Of a stretch of 18,785 bases of DNA, positions 1 through 8,118 are shown piece by piece. The notes under the pieces were generated by a model. It did not search any database. It was not told the DNA's origin and worked only from the letters and a program-made list of their open reading frames with translations. Position 1 is the first letter of the stretch, and each line of letters opens with the position of its first letter. The stretch lies in the IMG/VR virus record IMGVR_UViG_3300042890_004094; one strand, given 5' to 3'. The stretch comes from a virus (Duplodnaviria; Heunggongvirae; Uroviricota; Caudoviricetes). Made by a program: the position numbers and the translations under genes.

Positions 1-285
1 TTCGCTAGAAGCAACTAAATTTTCAGGTCCTGGATTACAGAAATTATATAATGATCTTTGGTCTAAATTTCCATTTGAATCGCAGAAAATATCCTGTTCT
101 GTATTATCTAAACTTCTTCTTACTCTAACAAGTGGTCCACTATATAAAGGATTAAGTCTTCTAGTAACAGACCACCCACTTCCTTTCTTTCTACAAATAG
201 CAAATGGATCAACATTAGGTGTATTAAATGTTAACTGACTAAAATTTCCTTTAGGTGTTCCAAATGTTAATTCAGGTTCTCTCAT
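1..285 (-). CDS. Partial CDS (3' end outside window); N-terminus resembles the AbfB/GH54-catalytic-like (LamG/concanavalin-type) motif seen in phage virion proteins
   Basis: Not in the ORF track. ATG at 285-283 overlaps the TAA of the upstream gene (TAATG), and the frame is open for 95 codons to the window edge. My translation is MREPELTFGTPKGNFSQLTFNTPNVDPFAICRKKGSGWSVTRRLNPLYSGPLVRVRRSLDNTEQDIFCDSNGNLDQRSLYNFCNPGPENLVASSE. The segment 'SVTRRLNPLYSGPLVRVRRSLDNTEQDI' matches the S-x-x-R-x-L-x-x-x-Y-x-G-P-L-x-x-V-R-R-x-x-D pattern of the GH54 N-terminus. Confidence 0.75.
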   Translation of the reverse strand, partial: MREPELTFGTPKGNFSQLTFNTPNVDPFAICRKKGSGWSVTRRLNPLYSGPLVRVRRSLDNTEQDIFCDSNGNLDQRSLYNFCNPGPENLVASSE

Positions 286-704
286 TAGTAATCTCCTCCT
301 CTAGCTACTACATCATTTTGGTCTTGTACCCCGGCATATACTGATTGTGACATTTGAACAAGTGTTCCTGCAGGAATAATAAGACCGTTTGAAAAAGATA
401 TAGTTGTTGTTGAACCAACAACTGCTGTTGTTCTAGTAGCAGCTGGTAAAGTTACCTCTTGTAACATTCTTGGAGTTGTACCAGAAGTATTTGTAAGGTA
501 AACTTTAATAACCATAGCAGAAGAAAGTGCTGCAGTTGCTTGGGAATTTGTTATTGTTAAAAAATCAAGTCTTGAACCATTTGCCCCAGCTGTAAAAACT
601 GTTGTAAGTGATCCAGAACCATCTGATGTTGTATTAGCGGCTGTTATTCTACCAAAACCTATGTTTGGTGTTAATACGAAAATTGGTGCTATATTTGCTG
701 GCAT
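285..704 (-). CDS. Hypothetical 139-aa Thr/Gly-rich, predicted all-beta virion/fibre-associated protein
   Basis: Clean ORF with an A-rich upstream region. MPANxAPIF...TP N-terminus and GGDY C-terminus, a pattern I recall from small genes next to phage fibre genes (not verified). Confidence 0.75.
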   Translation of the reverse strand: MPANIAPIFVLTPNIGFGRITAANTTSDGSGSLTTVFTAGANGSRLDFLTITNSQATAALSSAMVIKVYLTNTSGTTPRMLQEVTLPAATRTTAVVGSTTTISFSNGLIIPAGTLVQMSQSVYAGVQDQNDVVARGGDY

Positions 705-724
705 ATTTTAATTTTTATTTTTTA

Positions 725-970
725 TTAGTAATTGTTGTAATAGAATATTATTCCTAGTGGTGCGGCAGATCCAGTAGCACCGGTAGAACCAGTTGGACCT
801 TGAGGACCAACCGATCCAGTAGAGCCAGTTGGACCTTGTGGTCCCGTAGGTCCTATGGCTGAAGCATTAGTGGATAAAACCCAAGCGTCTCCGTTGAATA
901 CCCAAGCTGAAGTATCAAATGTATATACTTGTCCGGCTGTTGCTCCTGTTGGAAAATTTATATTTGGCAT
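725..970 (-). CDS. 81-aa mini collagen-like protein
   Basis: N-terminal 'INFPTGATAGQVYTF...WVFNGDAW' fibre-type motif, about 10 Gly-X-Y triplets ([28 protein letters not shown]) and an aromatic C-terminus (IIFYYNNY). It fills the gap between neighbours and ends in TAA TAA. Confidence 0.75.
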   Translation of the reverse strand: MPNINFPTGATAGQVYTFDTSAWVFNGDAWVLSTNASAIGPTGPQGPTGSTGSVGPQGPTGSTGATGSAAPLGIIFYYNNY

Positions 971-973
971 AAT

Positions 974-985
974 CTATATATCTTA
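974..985 (-). promoter_or_regulatory. Partial copy of the candidate late-promoter motif (GATATATAG), 3 nt before the ATG at 970
   Basis: Minus strand reads TAAGATATATAG-ATT-ATG. The core and spacing match the site upstream of 17704, but the T-run is missing. Confidence 0.35.
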
Positions 986-3841
986 TCTTGCTATTTCTGT
1001 TATTCTTAACCACATAGAAGTAGATGAATTAGTTATTATGATACTATCATCTGCACTATCTCTACGACATGCCACAACAATACTCTTTGCAGTTGTATTA
1101 GTATTAGTATATCTACCAGTTAAAGGAAATAGAACACCAAAACGACAACCATTAACCGTACTTTGTCTTGAATAGGTTATCTCACCACCGTCAACCTTTA
1201 TTCTTGAGAAATAGGAATCATTACCACTACCTGCACTAAAATCATAACTAGATAAATGATAGTGAATTACCAAGTAACTAGTAGAACTTAGTGGAGTGTA
1301 ACTATAAGAAATAAAGTCTGTATCAGAACCACTAGTTGCTATGGTGGTTGTACTAACTGTAACCTCGGTGTTACTCAACATTATATCTTGTATAACTTGT
1401 CCTGCTCTCCATGCACTAGGAGAAACAAATCCTGTGAATACCACATTTCCAGAGAGATCCATAGCCATTTTTACAGCTCCTCCTGTCTCATTTAGTTTAT
1501 TCGTTATACGGAATAATTGACCACTTAGTACATTAAAAGAACCATTCCAACTATCAATACCGAAGTTTGAATTATTCGCATAATACATTAACAAAGCTGG
1601 AGTATCTGTTCCACCGTTGTCTAGCATAATATCTCCTAATGCATATCCTGCTTTCACGAATGTAGTACTACCAGAAAAGATACTACCTCCTATTGATAGG
1701 TCGTTAGACGTTGCATCAAATTTAAAATTCGTGTTTATTTTTGGTGTCTGATTAGTACCAGAACCAAGAACCATAACAGGATAAAGAATAGTAGAAGAAG
1801 TATCTCCAGACGCATTGATAGCTGTAGAAGGTCCTGCAGCACCAGTGGAACCAGTTGCTCCTTGAGGTCCTGTCGCACCAGTTGCTCCTTGAGGTCCTGT
1901 CGCTCCCCTTGCACCAGCTAAACCAGTAGATAACCACTGTGAACTATCACCATCATTAACTAAAACATATTCTATACCTCTTGATAAATCATACCATCTA
2001 TCACCTATATTTGGAGATGATGGTGCAGGTGGTGCTTGAGTATAATAAGTAAATGACGTACCTTGACTTCCAGTAGGTCCTTGAGGACCAGTAGCACCAA
2101 TTATACCTTGAGGACCGGAGACATTAAAACTAACAAAACAAAGATCACCATCTGTAAAGTCACCATCTAATATAACATTACTTATAGTTATAGTCCACCA
2201 TCCAGTGTTATCAACAGTAGTACTAAACTCATATGTTTGGAACCAAGTTAGATCAGACTGTTTAGTTACTTTTATAAATCCTCTTCTTGATGTTGAACCA
2301 TAGTTTGATAATGAACTTAAAAATCCTTGCAAATTATTATTACCACCTTTATCATATTGGTCAATATATAATAATGTTGCACTACCCATAGTTGCATTAT
2401 TTAACCTAAAATAGCCTGATCCTGGATCAGAAGAAGTTAATGATGTACTATAGTAATACTCAAAACTCGCAGAGTCAATTCCATTTACACCACTAGTTCC
2501 ATCGGTTCCTGAAGTTCCATCCGTACCACTAGTCCCATCGGTTCCTGAAGTTCCATCCGTTCCTGAAGTTCCATCCGTTCCTGAAGTTCCATCGGTTCCT
2601 GAAGTTCCATCGGTTCCTGAAGTTCCATCGGTTCCTGAAGTTCCATCCGTACCACTAGTTCCATCGGTTCCTGAAGTTCCATCTGTTCCGGAAGTCCCAT
2701 CTGTTCCTGAAGTTCCATCCGTACCACTGGTTCCGTCTGTTCCTGAAGTTCCATCTGTTCCACTGGTTCCGTCTGTTCCTGAAGTTCCATCTGTTCCGGA
2801 AGTCCCATCTGTACCTGAACTTCCTGATGTTCCCGAAACTGCACCAACTGTCGTAGTTACAAATGAATAATACTCACTTCCCTCTGTATACCAAGAGATC
2901 GGGTGTGATCCACTTGATTGGTCAGCAACATATATTCTTACAATCATCCTATTTGTAGGATCTATAGTAGTCGTTGGTAGTACTAAATCTGTAAGTACTT
3001 CAACTGGTTCAATACTACTTAACCAACCAATAGTTGCTAAGTTTGTACTCAATGTAGGTCCAATTGCAGTACCACTGCTATTAGCTAATTGAATCTGAAC
3101 TTGTGTAAGTGTATTACTACCTACTGAATCTTTTAAAAAGTGTAAGTGAAATCTTTGTGAACCACCAGGTATAACTGCAAATCCTAATTCTTCGGTTATA
3201 AACTCACTAACTAAAACTAGAGTTGTGCCAGTAGTAGATGTAGAAACTATAGATGTTGTTGCTGCGATTGGACTAATACTCAATTGTTTATAGCTTAAAG
3301 GTGTTTGAGTTATAGATTGATTAAAATAATATACTTGTCCTAAGTTAATTCCATTGGCACCAGAAGTTCCTGAAGTACCAGATGTTCCATTTGACCCAGT
3401 AGCACCAGTAATTCCAACACCAGATGTACCAGAGGTTCCATCGGTTCCGGAAGTCCCGGAAGTTCCATCGGTTCCGGAAGTTCCATCGGTTCCGGAAGTT
3501 CCATCGGTTCCGGAAGTTCCATCGGTTCCGGAAGTTCCATCGGTTCCGGAAGTTCCATCGGTTCCGGAAGTCCCGGAAGTTCCATCTGTACCACTTGTTC
3601 CATCAGTACCAGAAGAACCATTAATACCGGATGTACCAGAAGAACCTGAAGTACCTGTCCCTGTGCCACTACCAGAAGAACCTGAAGTTCCTGATGTTCC
3701 AGGCATACCAGAACCAGTAGCACCTGAAAAAGTTATGCCTGTTCCTATATTTAGAAGATTACCATATCCATCATAATAGTAACCATCAACTACTTGTACT
3801 AAACGACCAAACGGTATATTATTCATCTCATAATTATTCAT
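983..3841 (-). CDS. 952-aa modular fibre protein with (GTDGTS)n Gly-X-Y tracts and collagen-like segments
   Basis: Two long GT[DS] tracts and GPQ/GAT collagen segments separate globular beta-rich modules. These include a '[12 protein letters not shown]...[12 protein letters not shown]' motif and a ~120-aa module shared with the 1285-aa protein. The start could be M1 (3841) or M6 (3826). Confidence 0.85.
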   Translation of the reverse strand: MNNYEMNNIPFGRLVQVVDGYYYDGYGNLLNIGTGITFSGATGSGMPGTSGTSGSSGSGTGTGTSGSSGTSGINGSSGTDGTSGTDGTSGTSGTDGTSGTDGTSGTDGTSGTDGTSGTDGTSGTDGTSGTSGTDGTSGTSGVGITGATGSNGTSGTSGTSGANGINLGQVYYFNQSITQTPLSYKQLSISPIAATTSIVSTSTTGTTLVLVSEFITEELGFAVIPGGSQRFHLHFLKDSVGSNTLTQVQIQLANSSGTAIGPTLSTNLATIGWLSSIEPVEVLTDLVLPTTTIDPTNRMIVRIYVADQSSGSHPISWYTEGSEYYSFVTTTVGAVSGTSGSSGTDGTSGTDGTSGTDGTSGTDGTSGTDGTSGTDGTSGTDGTSGTDGTSGTDGTSGTDGTSGTDGTSGTDGTSGTDGTSGTDGTSGTDGTSGTDGTSGTDGTSGTDGTSGVNGIDSASFEYYYSTSLTSSDPGSGYFRLNNATMGSATLLYIDQYDKGGNNNLQGFLSSLSNYGSTSRRGFIKVTKQSDLTWFQTYEFSTTVDNTGWWTITISNVILDGDFTDGDLCFVSFNVSGPQGIIGATGPQGPTGSQGTSFTYYTQAPPAPSSPNIGDRWYDLSRGIEYVLVNDGDSSQWLSTGLAGARGATGPQGATGATGPQGATGSTGAAGPSTAINASGDTSSTILYPVMVLGSGTNQTPKINTNFKFDATSNDLSIGGSIFSGSTTFVKAGYALGDIMLDNGGTDTPALLMYYANNSNFGIDSWNGSFNVLSGQLFRITNKLNETGGAVKMAMDLSGNVVFTGFVSPSAWRAGQVIQDIMLSNTEVTVSTTTIATSGSDTDFISYSYTPLSSTSYLVIHYHLSSYDFSAGSGNDSYFSRIKVDGGEITYSRQSTVNGCRFGVLFPLTGRYTNTNTTAKSIVVACRRDSADDSIIITNSSTSMWLRITEIAR
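2492..2815. repeat. 18 x 18-bp coding tandem repeat (GTDGTS x18), synonymously diversified
   Basis: I enumerated the units by hand. All 18 encode G-T-D-G-T-S. The Ser codon is AGT in five units, TCC in two and TCA in eleven. Confidence 0.95.
3458..3565. repeat. 6 perfect copies of the 18-mer GGAAGTTCCATCGGTTCC (coding GTDGTS on the minus strand), with degenerate flanks
   Basis: Direct reading gives units at 3458, 3476, 3494, 3512, 3530 and 3548. The unit is 10/18 G+C against an AT-rich background. Confidence 0.95.
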
Positions 3842-3845
3842 ATTA

Positions 3846-3857
3846 CTATATATAAAA
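3846..3857 (-). promoter_or_regulatory. Candidate phage late promoter TTTTATATATAG
   Basis: Lies 4 nt upstream of the ATG at 3841 and just downstream of a terminator. The same motif recurs in other intergenic regions. Confidence 0.55.
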
Positions 3858-3873
3858 TAAGAACCATTGAAAT

Positions 3874-3904
3874 AAAAAAAGTCTCTATTTTTTGAGACTT
3901 TTTT
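3874..3904 (-). terminator. Intrinsic terminator after the 1285-aa gene
   Basis: Minus strand reads AAAAAAGTCTC-AAAAAATA-GAGAC-TTTTTTT: a GTCTC/GAGAC stem extended by A/T pairs, an 8-nt loop and a 7-T tail. Confidence 0.7.
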
Positions 3905-3931
3905 ATTTTACCAGTCCCACCAGAAAGTAGT

Positions 3932-6900
3932 TTATTTATTTGATGATGAGTATGATACACTTGCACCCTGACTAATTAGTATTTCTAAATCAATTTCTAC
4001 ATAACCAGAAAATGATATTTTATTAGAACTAGCATACAATGTTATAGAATAACCTTTTGTTTCAGTAATTAATGCAAAAAAAGCAGTTATTAGTGGTATT
4101 GTAACATTACTAGAATTTTTAACCAATCCATTTACTGTAAATGGAGTCATTATATCTGCCAAACCTTTTCCAGCTATGTTTACTCCCTTTGCTATTACTG
4201 TTGATGAATTAGCACTATTTATTATTTGTGCACCCTGAGAAATTGTGATATATCCAACTAATAATGAATAGTCGGAAGTTGAACTATTAAATGTGGCTCT
4301 ACCCTTTAATTTATATCGATCATATTTAGCTCCGTTATTATAGGTTACATCTCCAGATAGTTTCACAAGTGTACTTTCTGTTAAAGGTTCATCACCTTGT
4401 ACATATACATATGAAATACTTTCTCCTCCTGTACCTGGGGGACCTGCTGGTCCTGGTGGACCTTGAGCACCATTAGTTCCATTTGAACCAGTGGCACCTT
4501 GAGCACCAGTTCTATCAAAAGATAATATAATTGGATCTCCTTGATTAAATGTTCCATTTCCGGCTAAATAAGTTGCACTAAAGCTTCTATGTGTTGTTAG
4601 ATTTGTTATTGCTGTTATATTATATACTGCAAATATGCTACTATTCCCCTTTCTACTTAACATTAAAGTGCCCCTACTTGCTGCAGATCCAGTAGTAGCT
4701 ATACTATTAAAGTATGTTGCAAGTGAAGTACCATTTATATCATTTGTATTTATAAATAACGTACCTGTAGAAAATGGTGTGGATGTAGAAAAGTTTAGAG
4801 TTCCATTTACAAGTGAAGTGGTCGCTGAAAAAGTACCAACTACATATTCAAATCCAACTGAAAAATTACCTGCCAAACCAGTGGCACCAGTAGCACCAAC
4901 ACCTACAATAACTGATAATTTTCCACCAATTGACATAGTAAGTCCTGCACCTATATCAAGTGAATGTATGTGATCCTGTCTTGCAAAAGCATTTTTAATA
5001 CCTTCAGCATTAGTAGTTCCTATTGATTCTGGAACTCCAGTTGGTAAAGGATCTGGACCAGTAACTGGTAAATGTCTTGACGCATGATTTTCTATATCAA
5101 CACCATTTACATCTAAAACACCAATAATTGATTGACTTCCCATTTTTAAAGTATTTTCCATTGGTCTAAAACCATCAAGTCGTAAATATTGTGGATGGTC
5201 ATCTGCTTCTAATCCAATTAAGTTAGCATGTGTTGAAGAAGCGTTTACTCCAGTTGATTTAAACCCAATAACTGGTCTAATATCCAATATATTATAAATT
5301 ATACCTAATCCTTCTTGTATTATAATACTTGCAATAGGTACAATAGCATCTTCAAAATAACTTGGAGTAATTGGAAGTGGTGCTCCTTCTACATCAATAG
5401 CTCCTTCGTATTGTTGTTGTCCTACAACTAATAAATACTTTTCAGTATCACCTTCACCATTTACATATAAAGTATGTTTTGTATAATAAGATGCTGACAT
5501 ACCAACTAAAATTCCATTTCCATCATCATATAAGTTGGTAACAATATTAGTCTCAGTTATATCCCAATTAGTTCCATTTAAAACAAACTGACTAAATGTA
5601 ATTCCTAAACCACCATCTGGCATATAGTTTTTACTACCAAAATAATAAGAACCTCTTGTTACATTTAAACTGAAAGTTGCACCCTCTGTTACTAAAGAAC
5701 CTCTTTCATAAATTGAACCTAATGCTTTCCTATTGAAAGTAATTAATTTATTAGTAGTATGTTCTGCATCTATAAAACTTCTATCAATTAGAATAACTTC
5801 ACCATTGTGTGTTATAACTCTTCCTAAGACAATAGTATTTGTAGTGTTTGGTATTGATGCGGCTTCTGAAAATAAGCCATTATTAGGAAAATTTTCATTT
5901 ACATAAATATACACTGCTGAATTAGTTGCACTAACTTCAAATAAAGTCTCTGACCAGTCTATTCTTAAAATATTATTATTATTGGACTCTAAATATCCAT
6001 ATCCACTTGCTATACTTACTGTCAGACCTGAATACATTGATACTTCACCTCCTGTCAAAACACCCATACCAGAACCTTCAAAAATAAGTGTTGATAAATC
6101 AGTATGTGTGTTATCTGGATAAGTAATTGATATTTTTCTTGTAATATCAAACTCACCATCATCTCTATCTAAGAATGACCAAAATATATTAGGACTATCA
6201 TTAACTATTTTTGTGTGTGAACTACTTCCTTGAAATGTTCCAAAAGTATTAGGATGCTTAATAAAAAAATCACAATCACAATCTTTTATAGAAACTGAGT
6301 TTAATGTAAACGTTGATGCAGTACCAACATCTGCAATTTCAAATCCTTTAATATAGTTACTAATTTCAAAAGAAGATACATTTATATTAGCACCCTTTTG
6401 TCCATAAAAAGCAGAGTTTGTTAAAACAGAAACTCCAATAGTAGAACCTACAGAAACATTAATAGATGAATTTTCACCACTTATCCAGTTTGATATAGAA
6501 CCTGTTACACCTGCCTCAGTATAATAATTTTCACAATTTGCAAATGCCAATATTCCATTTTCAGATTCAACCTTCATACCATATGAATATTCACCATTGA
6601 AATCAATATACTCTCCAAAAAAAGATGTATCTTTATTAATACCTCTTACTAATACCATAGTATCACAATCATACATTGATAACTTATGTATAAGAGCAAA
6701 TCCATCTAAATCTTCACAAACAATTGCAGCATACCCAGGACCTACACCCATTATAGTTAAATGTGATATATATATGCTATCATTACATATAAATAAATGT
6801 TGAGTTGGTGTATTAGGGACAACTTGTGTAATTTGTATATCACTACCAACAATACTTATAAAAGATTTTTCACCAAAATCAATTTCATCTTCTTCAAAAA

Positions 6901-7789
6901 TACCAGGTCCAACAGAAATCAAATACCTATTTTCATTTGATGAATCTGTAATTGAATCAACTGCAGCTTTAATAGAAGTGAAATCTCCACCTATTTTCTT
7001 AACATATATAATATTAGGATCTTTAGGTAAGTTATCTAATTGTTGCCAATCATTATTTGTATAAATATATGAATGTGTACCATCATAGTACATAGAACCA
7101 CCTGTTGGGTTTAAAGGTGTTGTAATAGGTATTAAGTTAAAATTACTTGTTGCTAATGAACTAAATGTTCCATTTGTAGTAAGTGTATCAATTACATTAG
7201 TTACATAGTTTTGCACATCTCTATCAATTAGAAAAGATGTTTTTGTAGTTAATATATCAATCTGTTCTTGTAATCTTGTTAAAGCTATTTTTGATTCATT
7301 TGATGTTGAGAACTCTAAATCTATTGATTTTAAACTTTTTAAACTAATTCTAATTATATTTGCAATTACTCTGGTATTTATAACGTTAAATGGATCAATA
7401 GTATATTTAACTATTAAATCTCTAGTTAATATTTTAATATTTCTATCAGACGCAGTTAAAGGTCTTAAAAAAGTATCATAACTATAAGGTGCAGTTACAT
7501 AACTAGAAGGACTTTGAGTTGAGCTATCTACATAATCATTAGTTTGTAATAGTATAGCAATTCGTTGCTGTAATTTACTTTGTGCAGTTATTGGATCACT
7601 ATCATTGATAAAATCTAATGATATTAATTTACCACTTTTTAAAGTGATTTTTAAAAGATTTGTATCTGGTGTGACATCAGTTATGAAGGTCGGTTTAACT
7701 GTATAAGTTAAACTACCATTATCATCATATAATTTAATGTTTTTATCAGAACCAATTGGCTTTAAGAAATTACCACTACTATAACTCAT
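3932..7789 (-). CDS. 1285-aa tail fibre/spike-like protein with a pectin-lyase-like beta-helix
   Basis: Two N-terminal copies of the shared module (residues ~1-84 and ~102-196). The beta-helix cap motif 'GGDFTSIKAAVD...RYLISVGPGIFEE...ISIVG' starts at about residue 267. It also has His-rich fibre motifs (HANLIGLEADDHPQY, HASRH, ARQDHIH), short collagen segments and a beta-rich C-terminal domain. Confidence 0.85.
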   Translation of the reverse strand: MSYSSGNFLKPIGSDKNIKLYDDNGSLTYTVKPTFITDVTPDTNLLKITLKSGKLISLDFINDSDPITAQSKLQQRIAILLQTNDYVDSSTQSPSSYVTAPYSYDTFLRPLTASDRNIKILTRDLIVKYTIDPFNVINTRVIANIIRISLKSLKSIDLEFSTSNESKIALTRLQEQIDILTTKTSFLIDRDVQNYVTNVIDTLTTNGTFSSLATSNFNLIPITTPLNPTGGSMYYDGTHSYIYTNNDWQQLDNLPKDPNIIYVKKIGGDFTSIKAAVDSITDSSNENRYLISVGPGIFEEDEIDFGEKSFISIVGSDIQITQVVPNTPTQHLFICNDSIYISHLTIMGVGPGYAAIVCEDLDGFALIHKLSMYDCDTMVLVRGINKDTSFFGEYIDFNGEYSYGMKVESENGILAFANCENYYTEAGVTGSISNWISGENSSINVSVGSTIGVSVLTNSAFYGQKGANINVSSFEISNYIKGFEIADVGTASTFTLNSVSIKDCDCDFFIKHPNTFGTFQGSSSHTKIVNDSPNIFWSFLDRDDGEFDITRKISITYPDNTHTDLSTLIFEGSGMGVLTGGEVSMYSGLTVSIASGYGYLESNNNNILRIDWSETLFEVSATNSAVYIYVNENFPNNGLFSEAASIPNTTNTIVLGRVITHNGEVILIDRSFIDAEHTTNKLITFNRKALGSIYERGSLVTEGATFSLNVTRGSYYFGSKNYMPDGGLGITFSQFVLNGTNWDITETNIVTNLYDDGNGILVGMSASYYTKHTLYVNGEGDTEKYLLVVGQQQYEGAIDVEGAPLPITPSYFEDAIVPIASIIIQEGLGIIYNILDIRPVIGFKSTGVNASSTHANLIGLEADDHPQYLRLDGFRPMENTLKMGSQSIIGVLDVNGVDIENHASRHLPVTGPDPLPTGVPESIGTTNAEGIKNAFARQDHIHSLDIGAGLTMSIGGKLSVIVGVGATGATGLAGNFSVGFEYVVGTFSATTSLVNGTLNFSTSTPFSTGTLFINTNDINGTSLATYFNSIATTGSAASRGTLMLSRKGNSSIFAVYNITAITNLTTHRSFSATYLAGNGTFNQGDPIILSFDRTGAQGATGSNGTNGAQGPPGPAGPPGTGGESISYVYVQGDEPLTESTLVKLSGDVTYNNGAKYDRYKLKGRATFNSSTSDYSLLVGYITISQGAQIINSANSSTVIAKGVNIAGKGLADIMTPFTVNGLVKNSSNVTIPLITAFFALITETKGYSITLYASSNKISFSGYVEIDLEILISQGASVSYSSSNK

Positions 7790-7813
7790 TTTCTTATAAA
7801 TATTTTTATATAA

Positions 7814-7826
7814 CTATATATAAAAA
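7814..7826 (-). promoter_or_regulatory. Candidate phage late promoter TTTTTATATATAG
   Basis: Lies 24 nt upstream of the ATG at 7789, flanked by the 9-bp inverted repeat TATATAACT (7807-7815) / AGTTATATA (7833-7841). Confidence 0.55.
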
Positions 7827-7874
7827 TATAAAAGTTATATAGATACCAAAAGTTGACAATTATTCTTTTTAAAA

Positions 7875-8108
7875 TTAGATTATATAAGTCTCCGAAATAT
7901 TCAATTCTAACCCATCTACATTCAAGATGTTATCTATTATGGTAAAAGTTGAGGTTTTTAAAACCTGAGTTCCCGCTTCTATGTTAGAAGTATCAACATC
8001 TATTCCATATATCTGCGAGTCTTCTACTATTACATTTATAATTGTAACATTTTCAATATATTCAAATGCTGTTACTATATTTTGGTTTAAAAATTCATTT
8101 AATTTCAT
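7875..8108 (-). CDS. 77-aa acidic hypothetical protein
   Basis: Starts 10 nt after the delta-60 gene stop with an A-rich leader (TAGAAATAAAATTATG) and fills the gap. The composition is Ile/Val-rich, beta-type and acidic. Confidence 0.7.
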   Translation of the reverse strand: MKLNEFLNQNIVTAFEYIENVTIINVIVEDSQIYGIDVDTSNIEAGTQVLKTSTFTIIDNILNVDGLELNISETYII

Positions 8109-8118
8109 AATTTTATTT

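Noticed and set aside
2492-3565. CRISPR array or iteron interpretation of the 18-bp repeats
   Set aside because: The units are head-to-tail with no spacers, in frame, and vary only at synonymous positions.
3354-3776. Plus-strand ORFs (VPEVPS and HRFRKF repeats) and alternative-frame minus ORFs at 2485-2847 and 3340-3723
   Set aside because: These are shadows of the 18-bp coding repeat, which happens to lack stops in other frames. They have no independent start context.
7875-8108. MKLNEFLNQ as a second capsid-targeting sequence
   Set aside because: The resemblance is only partial and lacks the terminal Glu needed for the cleavage motif.
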